A stretch of DNA of 63,955 nt, the filler included, from Reticulomyxa filosa (taxonomy: Eukaryota; Protista; Foraminifera), in NCBI GenBank assembly GCA_000512085.1. It is 24 parts of 24 records of this genome, joined end to end, with 100 filler letters (N's around TTAATTAATTAA, not from the genome) between each part and the next. Parts side by side here need not be neighbours in the genome. Positions count along the whole stretch, not along the records: positions 1 to 11,115 come from ASPP01007252.1; positions 11,216 to 12,523 come from ASPP01019072.1; positions 12,624 to 14,590 come from ASPP01021085.1; 21 more parts are not named here. One strand, written 5' to 3'. A program made the position numbers and the translations under genes. Positions within the stretch are counted from its first letter, which is position 1; each line of letters begins with the position of its first letter. Below, piece by piece: positions 1 through 12,753 of this stretch. The notes under the pieces were generated by a model. It was given only the letters and a program-made list of their open reading frames with translations, was not told the origin of the DNA and made no database searches.

Positions 1-43
1 AATAATAAATAATAAATAATAATAAATTGATAATAAAAAGGAC

Positions 44-1569
44 ATGATAAAAGACTGCAGCCGCAGCCAGTTGCGACTGCAAGACGACTTGCGACTGCAA
101 TTGATCGGATTGATTCCGCTGTTGGCGCGCATTGACAACATGCTAAAGAAGAAGCTGCAGCAGCAAGACGGTGAAAAGCAAAGCGAAGAAGCCGGGTCAG
201 AGAACGTCAACGAAAAGGACGAAAAGCAAAACGAAGTCGAAATGGTCGAGCGACAGGAGGGCGAAAAGCATCAAGAGGGAATGCCTTCGCTGTCTTCGCA
301 ATTGGAACAATTGTTTTGGATATCTTTGACATCCAAGGAGTCAATGACAGCTTTTACTCAAAGCAATGCACAAAACTCAAACAACAACGAAAAAAAAGAA
401 GAAGAAAAGGAAAGAGCCAATTCCAACAAACTCACTAGGCATATTCAACAAAAGGTTGTCTTGTTTGAAGAGTTTCTCAAAAAGCATTCCGAACAATTAC
501 TTCTTTCACCAAATACGTTGAGTTTATACAAATGCATAAATAATATATACATATATACATATATACATATATATATATGTTTATATATTTATATATATAT
601 GTATATATTACTTATGTATTTGTATGTGTTAGGTTAAATGATATCTCGTCGAGATTGTCACAGTTTGTGTCGCGCATGTCAGCCAATCAGGAACAATTTG
701 AACGGAGTTGCAAACTCTTGTTCGAAGCATATGAGCAATACATGTCCAATATCACTCCGTCGCCTTTCTTGTTGCCCCTTGCCGCTACTATTCGATTACG
801 TGGTCGTCGTCAGTTTTGGGAGGTGCAATTGAAGGCCACCGACGCCATTGGAATTATCATCGAAATCGTCGAAAAGAACTTTGAACAGTTGGCAGACCCC
901 ATTGAAAAGTGGCAAGAACCAAACAAGTCCTTGGGAATTATACGTCCATTGGCCGATCGAAAAAAAGAACAGCCAATGGAAGTTCAGTTTCCTTCCCCCT
1001 TTTTTTTTTTTTTTCCTTCTGCAATTTTATTTACTAAAAAATTTCAAAAAAACAAGATTGTGACAGACCTAAGTCGACCAATTCGTGAGTTGGATTTAAG
1101 GCCTGGCGTGACTATTCATGTTTTGACCACTTTTCTATTGAAAAGCGAATCACCGAGACCGTGTTTCACATTCACCTATGTCAAAGATACAAACCAGAAA
1201 TGTGACTATTTCCGCTGCAAAACTTGTGGATTCAATTGTTTCGTCCAACTGCTTTTTGTCACATACACGTACTACTCATGCAATAGCAAATGGCTCAGGG
1301 CCCTAGAGAAAGAAAAAGAGAGAGACAGAGACAGAGAAGGGAGGGGAAACAAAAGCGACGATTGAACTTTTTTTTATTTTTATTTTTTTTGCTGGGTGTG
1401 GAAATGAACAAAAGGGATTTGCCAGCCATGCGCGATCCAATGCCACAAAGAACATGAACTGGTACCGTTCATGAAAGATCACATGCCATCGTATGCGTGT
1501 TGCTATTGCGTAAAAAAGAAAACTTGTAAAATTGAAAACATCAAAAGCAAAGGGTTGGAGGAACAGTAA
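44..1569 (+). CDS. Multi-exon protein (5' probably incomplete): coiled-coil region, possible ubiquitin-like domain, C-terminal UBR-box-type zinc finger
   Basis: GT-AG introns at 517-632, 982-1056 and 1238-1414 join the ORFs in frame. The spliced C-terminus reads CFTFTYVKDTNQKCDYFRCKTCGFN-WICQPCAIQCHKEHELVPFMKDHMPSYACCYCVKKKTCK...EEQ* (stop 1567-1569), which fits the UBR-box pattern (CxxC...ICxxCxxxCHxxH...CxC). Confidence 0.75.
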
Positions 1570-2240
1570 AGATTTTGTTTTTTTGTTATCTTTCGTTGGG
1601 AAATTTTTGTGTGTTTTTGCAAAACAACTTTGAAAATTGGGCTTGAATCGCTTATTGATGATGTAGTCCTTCAAGTACATGAATTAGTTTGTGCAATTCT
1701 TTTACGCAAAAAATACAAAATACTTTCGCATGGTTACTACAAGCCCAATAGAATTTTGTTGTGACTAGGTGTTCATCTGAGACTTTTCTAAATAGTACTC
1801 GTGCGTTGTTTAAATTAAAGTTTTTTGAATGTAAGAACAGAAAAAGGACTAATAACAGACATACGGATCAAACTTTTACAAAGTGACTTGCACTTTTAAA
1901 GTAATTTCGCACTCCATTTATAAACATAAAGAATCACCATTTGTGGTAATTATAATCTCTTCGTCAATGTATTTCAGCTGTGAATACGGAAAGAAACAAT
2001 AAGTTAAAAATCAAAGCGATATCAATTTTATTTTGTTATATAAGAAATAAATTTTTGAAAGACTATCTCAATCGTAGATCTCTTTGCATTTAAAAAAATG
2101 TGACAATGACTAAGAACAATATTTAGTTAAATAGTTGCAACAAAAGAACAACCCCTTTAGCTGGAGCCTCCAACTTTTTTTTTTATACAACCCCTTGCTT
2201 GAAAAAGAGCCGCAAAAGTGTTTCGATATTAAGATCAAAC

Positions 2241-4033
2241 ATGGCGAGACAAAGATTTAAAATGTTGCCCTCTTTGCCAGTTTCATTGTCTCGTGGCCAA
2301 TGTGTAGTGTACAAAAAAGAGTTACTACTTTGTGGAGGATTCTTAGTACGAGAGTGCTACTCGTACGACACCGTCAAAAACCAGTACAAACCAATTTGTT
2401 CCTATCCAAAGGGTATTACATCGCGCGGACACTGTGTGGTGGCAAATGTGCGCAACAGCAACAGCGATAACAAAAATGATAACACACCAAATGGCATCAC
2501 TTTATTATCTTTTGGTGGTGTGGACAAATACCAACCCAAACATGCATTGGTAATGCAATATAAAAGTGTTTGGGACAATGACAATGCCATTACATATAAA
2601 TCGACAAAGCCTTTCAATGAATGGATCCCATTAACTGACGAACACAATAATCCAATTCAAATAGGAATAAGAGAAGACAATTATATTGGCGCAAGATCGT
2701 TAATTGGAGGAAGCAATAATCATTTGTTGTTTATTACGTATCCCCCAAAAGATATTGCAGTGTTCAATTTGAACAATTTTCAATGTATCAAACGCAGCAC
2801 TTTGCCAATTGAAAATTGGATAGGATATCATTGTTTTATTTTGGGACGTCAAAAAAATGAAATGTTGTTATTTTGCAAAAAGACAGGATTGTCAATTGAA
2901 TATAATGAAGACACCAATGCATTTCAATTTCATCACTTATCTGTTTGTAATCACATTGCAAATCTTGGGGATTATGCATACGTGCGTATCAATGACAATG
3001 ATGTATTGTTTTTTGGTGGAGAGATTACTATGGGCTGGGGAAGAACAAATGAAGTGCATAGATATTCGATTGGAGAGAACAAATGGATTGCATTCCGATA
3101 TATTATGCCTGTTCAATTGAGCTCTTGCACTGCGGTATTGGCTGAAGATAGCACATGTGTGCATATCATTGGAGGACATGACGGACAGCGTTCGTTAGAT
3201 ATACATATGCAAACACATATCAATGAATGGCTGGTCAAAGAACAGATGCAAGAGAAACCATCCTCGGAACAAAGCAATACCGATGTTAGTGTCAAAGTGT
3301 TCATTTGTTTGTGATGTGTGCAACAGAAAGTATGGAAAATGGAGCAATATTGGCAAAAAAAATAAATAAATAAACAAACAAACAGGAAAAAGTGAAAAAG
3401 GTATGGATGGAATGGATATCAAATACAAACGAAAAGAACAAGGAAAAGCAAAAAAAATGGATGCAATGGCTAAAAGAAAAAGAAATCATGGATAAATCTG
3501 ATATTATTGGAACATTTGAAACAAGGTCATATGAAAATTTTAAATTATGGCTATTAAATGAAAGTAAATGGAAAAATGAAATCCAAGAAAGTGATATCGA
3601 ATCCATTTGCGACGCCATTCTTATATATACTGCCTCTGTTTTGTTTTGTTTTGTTTTTTTTTGTTCTTTGATGCATTTACATAAATATATACATATATGT
3701 TTATATATATTGAACCAAAACGTGGAAGTTAGTCATTTAATTATTTTTATCTTTTTTTGTAACGATCAAAAATTATCTAACAAAACAAAATAGTTAAAAG
3801 CATATGTTATAGTAAACGAAAAAAAAACACTGATTAAACTGAGACAATTAACATGTGACGAATTATTTCGACGAAACCTTGCTTGTTTACCTGAACAAGA
3901 TTTGCAAAAAATCAAAATGCAAAATTTAAAACCAAAATTGGTTCACATAGATGGATCTATCATTGAATCAGATGAAATTGTAAAAAAAAAATTTCAAAAA
4001 GAACCTACGTTTCAATTTATTTGGGAAAAATAA
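2241..4033 (+). CDS. Kelch/galactose-oxidase-like beta-propeller protein with extra C-terminal exons
   Basis: ORF 2199-3314 (ATG 2241) has Kelch-like blades (LLLCGG...CYSYD, LFFGG...VHRYSIGENKW, VHIIGGHDG). Downstream coding-like blocks at about 3330-3630 and 3794-4033 (LKAYVIVNEKK...FQFIWEK*). Homologous to 35290-36350 and 39040-39340. Confidence 0.75.
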
Positions 4034-4644
4034 TATCACAAAAGAAAAGACTGTATTACAGCTAAAAAAAAGTTTCCTAAAACGAATATATATGGACATT
4101 TATGTGTTACTCATGAAAAATCAACATTTATTCAAAATTCTTTTTTAAATAATATCTATGTGTCGTGAAGAATCCAAACATACATTTGGTTTTTAATAAA
4201 AATCGTTAATGTTTTTTCATTTTGAAAATTATAAGAAAAATGAATGTTTGTTCTGGTATCAAAAAATAAAAACATTACAAACTCTATTTTGTTTTTTTCG
4301 TAATCTCCAAAAGACTTAAACATGCTTTAAAAAATTTATCCTTCTATCTTTCGTAAGGAGTGAGACACAGACTTCTTTCCATTGAAAAGTGCACACAATC
4401 GACAATAAAACAATTTTTATATGGTTTTCTACACGTTTAAAAATCAAATACATTTTTTGGATTCTCTACGATGCATAGATATTATTTAAAAAAGAATTTT
4501 GAATAAGTATTGATTTTTCATGAGTAAACACATAAATGTTCATATTAATTTTTAGACTGATTTTTTTTTAATGTTTATGCATAATTCGATTTAACGCTCA
4601 CAAATACGGCTTGTCAAAGAGATTTTGTGTTTTTTTTGTTTGGA

Positions 4645-4680
4645 AAATGTTTGTTGTCAAATGTTTGTTGTCAAATGTTT
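4645..4680. repeat. 14-bp tandem repeat (AAATGTTTGTTGTC x2.6)
   Basis: Directly visible in intergenic DNA. Confidence 0.85.
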
Positions 4681-5044
4681 AGGAGGGGATATCCATAAAG
4701 TATTTGTATTATTTTTACGAAAAACAAAAGCAGCTACCTTGTTTGGCAAACAATGAGTTCAGCCTCAAATAAAAGGTTCATATCATCACTTTCAAAACAA
4801 GTAACAATACAAATATTGTTAAACTTTCTGAATCCAATTTTGCTTATCCCTCCTTTATTACCGCAAATAATCAACCCTTGGATTTTTTTTTTTTACAACA
4901 AGTGAATACTGTTTTTTGCTTGAAAGTTTTATTTTATCTTTAAAAAAAACTTACTGAATAGAAAATTCCAAATAAAAAATTTGCGAATTGACAAAATACT
5001 GAAAAGAGTACAGAAAAAGCAAATAAAAAAAATCAGAAGCAAAC

Positions 5045-7203
5045 ATGAGCAAAATCGAGGATGAGTTGAAAGAAGGACAAACTAAAGCTACTCCATTTTT
5101 TTTTGGACAATTATGCCTTGACAAGAATTGGATTTTGCAGTCGAATCAATCCGAACAAATTAATCATTTGATTTGTTTAATTTGCAAGCAAGTTGCACAC
5201 AATCCAGTTGAAATCAGTTGCACTCAACATAAAGATATGGACGAATCATTGATTGTTGGAGAGGATTGCTTACAGCAATTTCTTGAAAATAATCATAAGA
5301 CATGCCCAATACAACCTCACGATGGATGTGAATACTATAAAATGAAATCGATGCAACGACATATCAATGACTTAATGGTGGTATGTCCGAGACAATTTCA
5401 ACAAGATCTGAAAACATTGGGAAAAAATGAAGAAGGGCAAACACCTGGAGGTACAACAAGCATGTGCAATTTTAAAGGAAAGATAAAAGATTTGGAGGAT
5501 CACTTGAACAACTCTTGCTCTTTGAGGCTGGTCAATTGCTGGTTTGAATTATTTGGATGCAAACATTCATGTTTTGAGAATGACTTGAAAAAGCACTTAA
5601 TTTCAGAGATGAAATATCATTTTGATTTGGTGATGAAGAAAGTTGAATCGATTCAAGAGAGCAGAAAACAACACGTTATAAAGAAATCTTTATTGCTTTT
5701 TTTTTTAAATAGCAAAAAAAAAAAAATACAAAACAAAAATAGGAAGAAGCAAAACAGTTACAATTAGAAAATGAAAGACTAAAAGTGCAAATGGATTTTG
5801 ACAAAAGAAACCAATATGAAGAAGTTTTAAAAGTACTCAATGAAAATGCGATTTTGAAGCAAGATATCATAAATTCAAATAATCATCAAGTATCTTTTTT
5901 CTTTCATATATTTATTCTAACAATAATCGATAAACACAACATATAAAAAAAAAAAAAAAAAAACAAATAATTTCAATAGACGGCTATTCTCAATGAACTA
6001 GAAAAGTTAAAACAAGAAGTACAATTGAAAGATAAAATAATATTGGAAAAGAATGAACAGATAAAAAAAAATCAAGAAAAACAAAACGCTAACAAAGAGC
6101 TTTCATCGAAATCCAAGAATGAACACTTGTCTACTTTGGATTCTGATTTTTTTCATTCATCTTCAAAACAATTCAAGACATTCACTGGGCACGCTGGCAT
6201 TGTGTGGAGTATTGATTATTCAACATTTGATGATTGTCAGTTAATTTGTTCTGGATCAGCTGATAAAACAGTTCGTGTATGGGATGTAGAAACTAACAAT
6301 CAAATTCAATCCTTCAATGGACATTCAAACCATGTATATTGTGTAAAATTTTCACCATATCATTATCATAATAATCGTCAAAATGTCATTTGTTCATCAT
6401 CAGGTGACACAACCATTCGTTTTTGGGATATTAAAGATAATCGGCAATTGCAGATGTTCAATGGACACAATGACTGGGTTGGTGGAATTGAATTTTCACC
6501 ATTTAATGGTGGTCGATATTTGTGCTCTGGATCATCGGACAAAACTATTTGTTTATGGGATGTGGAAACATCCAAAACATTATATATCCTCAATGGACAT
6601 GAACGTGATGTCTGTTGTGTGAGTTTTTCATCGCTGCAAAGCAATAACAACAATAGTAGTAAAGGTAATAATATCAGTCTTATTAGTGGTAATGGATATA
6701 CCGTTTGTTCTGGATCATTGGATAAAACCGTTCGTGTATGGGATATTGAAACAGCCAAACAATTGAATATATTCGAAGGACATGAAGGATATGTGTGGAG
6801 TGTAAAATATGGATCAAATGAATTAAGAGATATGATACTATCTGGATCACAAGATAAAAGTATTCGTTTATGGGATATTCGCTCTGGTAAACAAATTCAA
6901 GCGTTCATTGGACATACAAGTTGTGTAAGTTGTGTTGAACACCCATCATTTGTGGTAAAGAGTAGTGACACAGCTGTTGAAGAAAATGTGATATGTTCTG
7001 GATCTTGGGATAATACAATTCGATTTTGGGATATTCGATCAAACAAGGTATTACACGTGCTCAAAGGAGATGATAAAAAAGATTGTGGAATATATTGTCT
7101 TAAATTGTTAGGGCTGAAAAAGAATGAAAGTACAAAGAACAGTGATACTGGCTTAACCTTATGTTATGGATCATCAAAAGGTGTCATTTGTGTTCGGGGA
7201 TAA
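5045..7203 (+). CDS. RING-like + TRAF-type zinc fingers + coiled coil + WD40 repeat protein (TRAF7-like architecture)
   Basis: Exons 5045-5674, 5743-5889 and 5980-7203 join in frame. CLICKQ...CTQH...GEDC...CPIQPH (degenerate RING), CPRQF...CNFKG...HLNNSC and CWFELFGCKH...KKHL (TRAF-type zinc fingers), then repeated GH...SGSxDKTxRxWD WD40 units. Confidence 0.9.
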
Positions 7204-7756
7204 GCAAATATCCATGGAAGAGTCATAAAAGTATTAGCTGCAATGTTTATATTCAAAGAAACTCTTCAAAATAACACAATAAAAAATGTAATAAGCAATG
7301 TAATTGCAATAAAATGAATCAGACATAAAAAGGAATTTAATTTCGTATTTCATAACTTGTTTGTTTCTAATTCAAATAATAATGCAATTAGATTGCGAAT
7401 GTGAAAATAGACTAAAAAATTTTTGATAGTTGATTGGCATTATTATAAAGAGAATGGCAACAACATCATTGACTGATTTTAAATATTTTCATCCTTTTAT
7501 GAGAAGATCACATCAAATTAATAGATGTGTGGCTATTCATTTACTTTATAAATATTTCAATAAAAAAAGTAAAACTTTACGACACTGGTGTAGAGTTATA
7601 TGATTCGGAAGGCTTATTCAAATAAAGGTTTTCTTGTTCCATTGTCTTACACCCCTTTTTTTAAAGGAAGTTTTTAAAAAACTATATAAAAAAAAACTTT
7701 ATATCTCAATTAACAAATCATAAAAATTAGATAAATCAAAAGCAAAGAAAGGGAAC

Positions 7757-9846
7757 ATGAGTAAAGTCGAAGACGAAAAAAGGAAAAAAGAACAAGGACT
7801 CGTTGAAACTGGAGTAACTCCGGTTTCTTTTAGTCAACAATGCTTCGACAGAAATTGGGTATCACAGTTGAACAAGCAAGAACAAATCAGTCATTTAATT
7901 TGTTTGATTTGCAAACAAGTTGCAAACAATCCAGTTGAAATCAATTGTCATCAACATGAAGACATTGATGAAGCATTGATTGCCGGAGAGAATTGTTTAA
8001 AACAATTCCTCAAAGATAATAACAATTCATGTCCTGTCCAACCTCATGATGGTTGTCAGTATTATAAAGCAAAGGCAATGCAAAAGTTAATTAATGAATT
8101 GAATGTCATATGTCGAATGCAATTTAAAAAAGATTTGGAAACAACTGGAAGAAATGAAGAAGGACAATCAGATGTAGATATAGTGACAATATGCGATTTT
8201 AAAGGGAAAATAAAAGACATGAACGAACATTTAAACACTTCATGTGCATTAAAAGTGCACAATTGTTGGTTTAAAAAAATTGGATGTAAATATTCTTGTC
8301 TCGATAGAGATTTAAAACAACACTTGGTTGAAAATATAGAACAGCATTTTGAGTTAGTAGCTAATACATTTAAAAAGCTGAAACATATCATCAAACAACA
8401 ACAAGTTTACCTTTTTTTTGTTATATCTAAATACGCGAAGCAATTGTAATAATCAAATGGCAAATATAGGATGAAATTAAACAGTTAAAATCAGAAATAC
8501 AATTAAACGAAAGAAGACAAATTGAAGATATTTCAAAAATGAATAATAACATCTTAACCTTAAAACAAGAATTAGTATGTTCTCTTTTATTATTTCTATT
8601 TCACAACACAAATAAAAAATTACGTCAATCAGGATAATCAACTCAATGAAATTGAACAATTAAAAAAAGAAATTCAATTCAAAAATGATCAAATTAATCA
8701 AATAAATATTAATAATAATAATGAAGACAAAAAAGAAAGTGATCATAATCACCAATTATTACAATCCAAGTCTACATCTAACTTTGATTTGTTTCGTTCG
8801 TCATCCAAATTACTCAACACATTCACTGGACATACCAATATTGTATGGAGTATTGATTATTCAACACTTGATGGTGGTCAATTTATTTTTTCTGGATCAG
8901 AAGATAACACAGTTTGTGTATGGGATGTTAACAGCAATAAACAAATTCAATTATTCGATGGGCACTTATCTGAAGTATATTGTGTAAAATTTTCACAATA
9001 TCATCGTCATAATCATCGTCAAAATGTCATTTGTTCTTCATCAAATGACAAAACCATTCGTTTTTGGGATTTCAAACATAATAAACAATTACAAATATTC
9101 AATGGGCACACTGACAGTGTTTGTGGTATTGAATTTTCATCATTTAATAATGGTCGATATTTGTGTTCTGGATCGTATGACACCACTATTCGTTTATGGG
9201 ATGTTGAAACATCCAAATCGTTGCATGTTTTCAAAGGGCATGAAGATTGGGTCTGGTGTGTGGATATTTCACCATTGCAAAGCAATAACAACAGTGATAA
9301 TAAAAGTAATATTGGTGTGATTGGTGGAAATGGATATACTATTGGCTCTGGGTCATTTGATAAAACCATTCAATATGGGATATTGAAACAACTAAACAAC
9401 TAAATGTATTTAAAGGACATGAAGATATAGTGCGGAGTATAAAATACGGATCAAATGAATTAAGAAATACAATATTATCTGGATCAAGAGATAAAAGTGT
9501 TCGTTTGTGGGATATTCGATCTGGTGAACAAACTCAAGTATTCAATGGACATACAAATCAAATATGGGCTGTTGAATATTCATCATTTTTAATAAGGCAT
9601 AGTGATGGGTTTGTGGGTTCAAATGTGATATGCTCTGGGTCACATGATAATACAATTCGTTTTTGGGATATTCGATCAAATAAAAAGGAATTATATATGA
9701 TTAAAGGAGATCAGAAAGAAGATAACGGAATAATATGTCTAAAATTTATATCATTCAAAAAGAAAGAAAAACATAATGAACAAAAATTAAATGATATAAA
9801 TCTATGTTATGGTTCACGCAATGGTCTCATTCGTGTTTGGGGATAA
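7757..9846 (+). CDS. Tandem paralogue: RING-like/TRAF zinc finger/coiled coil/WD40 protein, one frameshift near 9371
   Basis: Collinear with 5045-7203, with introns in equivalent positions (first 8405-8469). At about 9371 'att caa tat ggg ata' needs one extra base to restore I-x-I-W-D-I-E-T. Sequencing error or recent pseudogenisation. Confidence 0.85.
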
Positions 9847-9886
9847 GAACATATAATGAGGCCTTTTTTGAATTACCACATTCTTT

Positions 9887-10430
9887 TTAAGTAAAAGACA
9901 TTGATAAAAGTTTATTGTTTAATATCTTTTTGTGAAAATGTTTGCCCCTAATGGAAAAAAGCGTAGCCATTTTTTGTAGAAATGCGCAAAGTTGCACATC
10001 ACAACATTTGTTAGTTGACAATAACAAATTTTCCAAATATGTAATGTTTCCTGGATGTTCAACTATCGACCAACCAATTTTAAGCATTATTTCAGTGGCC
10101 GTTTGACAGAACAAGGGTTCCAACTGTTTTAATTTATTAATAATAGGGTTTATATATGTCAAATAGATCAAGTTATTAAAAAAAAAAGGAGTCTTTAAGT
10201 TTTTTGAAGAAAAACTCATTGAAGCGTAATTTGAGCCAATTTAACAAAGAGACTGCTTATTTAATAAACCAAACATATGATTGCTTTCAATAAATCAATA
10301 ACGATTTATTCTCATCACATTCAATACATTTTTCACTTCATTTTCAAACAATCTCACGTCTTCTTGGTTCAAACACCACACAGGTTGATTTTCTTTGTCT
10401 TCTCCAATTGTATTTGAATTTTTCACATAA
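9887..10430 (-). pseudogene. Degenerate remnant of an unknown multicopy gene family
   Basis: 10265-10425 aligns by eye with 34398-34612 on another contig. It carries stops, frameshifts and a deletion of about 30 nt relative to that copy. Confidence 0.55.
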
Positions 10431-10494
10431 TATCCATGAACTTTTATTCAATGATATCATCAAATGTTTATCCTTCAAGTTAATATTATTATCT

Positions 10495-10665
10495 AAAGCT
10501 ATTTGGTTATCATAAAAAGCAAACATATTTTGTATGCTTTTAGTATTGAATTGATTAAAATTATATCAACATCAATATCAAAATAGTCTTCTATTTTATC
10601 CCAAATCAATTCAGCACTTTGAATGTTACGTGAATCTGCACATATTGAAAGTAATGTTCTTGTAA
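10495..10665 (-). pseudogene. Possible PPR-motif remnant
   Basis: Minus strand reads YADSRNIQSAELIWDKIEDYFDIDVDIILINSILKAY, resembling a PPR helix-turn-helix junction (YaxxGxxxxAxxxWxxx...DxxxxNxxxxAY). No long ORF. Confidence 0.35.
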
Positions 10666-11115
10666 ATCAAATTTATCCCACTACCCAAGTAATGTAAAAA
10701 CGTGTTGTAAAATATGGTATCTGGAGAAATATATTTGGTTTGATTAACTCTTCTTCCAATGTTGTTTGATACGTGTTGGATTGATGAAATCGTTTAAAGA
10801 AAAGATAAGGAGCAACGTAGCATTTTGTTTAAGGTTCTTTGTCTAAGACTGACAGATTTTCAAATTAAAATGTTATAGTTGGAATTAATTATCGAATGAA
10901 ACTTTTGTAGAAAATTGTTTGACATCTTTGCACAAAAATAATATCCAGTTTTTCATATTTGGAAAAGAAAAACAAAAACATTGAATGCTAATGGCTAACC
11001 ATAAAAACATTACTTGTAGCATTCTTTTTTCTGAATTTTTTTTTTCAAAGTAATGAAAAAAAAAGGTCCTTTCAAAGTTTGCATTCAATCGAGTCAAACA
11101 AATTCAAACCGTTTA

Positions 11116-11215
11116 NNNNNNNNNNNNNNNNNNNNNNNNNNNNNNNNNNNNNNNNNNNNTTAATTAATTAANNNNNNNNNNNNNNNNNNNNNNNNNNNNN
11201 NNNNNNNNNNNNNNN
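11116..11215. other. Artificial contig spacer N44-TTAATTAATTAA-N44 (stops in all six frames); first of 23
   Basis: Identical 100-nt spacers start at 11116, 12524, 14591, 16017, 18184, 27266, 30922, 32164, 33427, 34652, 36351, 37464, 38940, 40831, 43248, 44692, 46835, 48268, 51152, 55710, 57596, 58709 and 59848. Confidence 0.99.
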
Positions 11216-12753
11216 TTTTTCTAAACTTATTAATTCTAAATCTTCTGCGCGTAAGTTTAATGCTTCTGTTGCTAATTTTTTAATTTCAATATTATAATAT
11301 ATTATTTAAAATACGTTATAAGTAGACATATAAAGAAGATGGTTTTATTTATAACTCATAACATGTAACATATAACGTCAAATATAGCTTGGTCTAATAT
11401 AGAATATTCTCTTTCAAACACTTCGATTATCACATACGTATAACTTTTGCAATATTTTCTCTTAATCTCTTAATTCAATACAAGAATTTTATCAAATATA
11501 CTTTATCTAATTTATTTTAATGATAAATAATCAAATACTGTAAATTTAATTCTATGTATGTACATCTATTGCTTCTTTAGCATTTTAACATCTTTATTAT
11601 TAGTTCTATATTATATTTCTTTCTAATGTGTAAATAATAATCTGATAAATCAAATTTGCTTTGTAATGCATAGTATGTAAGCGGACTAAAGAGACAATTA
11701 TTCATTCAATGTTCTTCTTCATAGTTTCCATTGACCCGAAACCGCACAGTTCATCCTTTCCAACAAAGTAGAGAAATTTTTTTTTCTCAACTCTCAATAT
11801 GACCAAATTGAAGAGAGTTGAGATTGAAAACTTGTCGTCCAGAATACTTCTAAAATAAAACTTTTGAAATAGAATTACTTCTCCTAAATAAGGTAACTTA
11901 TACTCTAAATGATGTTTTTTAAAAAAAACCAAGTGTATTTTAAATTAAAATTTTGAAGAAAACGAAATATTCAATCATAACAATAACTTCATGTTGATAA
12001 TTTTAGATAAAATAATCGTTTGTCGCCCGATTTATTAATTAGGAAATATAAAAAAAAAAAAATAAAACGTTTCACAGCAATTCAAATAATGAGACAATCG
12101 ATAAGACATTAAATAAAACAAAAAATGATGAAATTTGTAAAAGTGTGCATAATTTTCATTTACTTATGCAATTCATCATGTTACATTCTATATTTCAAAA
12201 TGTATTTGATCAACAGTCTTTAGTCTAAAAAAAAAAAATATATCCTATACATAAAAAATTTTTAAAAATCACAAAAAAAAAAAATTATGCAATACTAAAA
12301 AAATCTTTCTCTTTGATTTGTTCTTCCATTGTATGTCTTCTTATTAACAAGTTTTAAAAACACTTAAACTTGTAGTCAATTAAAAAACGTGTTCCAGTGT
12401 AAGCATATTGATCGATTTCTTTTTAAAATAACAAAAATAAATTAAGTACTTTATATTATATTCATGAAAGATTGCACACAATTTTAAAAAAAAGCAAAGG
12501 AAGGAAAAAGCGAAAAAAAAAGGNNNNNNNNNNNNNNNNNNNNNNNNNNNNNNNNNNNNNNNNNNNNTTAATTAATTAANNNNNNNNNNNNNNNNNNNNN
12601 NNNNNNNNNNNNNNNNNNNNNNNCCTCTTGCATTTTGAAAAAAAAAAAAAAATAAAGGTACATACGACGTATACACACACATATATATATATATATTATT
12701 TTTTTTTTTTTTTCTTTTTTAATTATGCATATGATATATATACATATATAAAG

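Noticed and set aside
11216-12523. Very AT-rich contig, possible organellar insert
   Set aside because: No recognisable mitochondrial gene, tRNA or rRNA.
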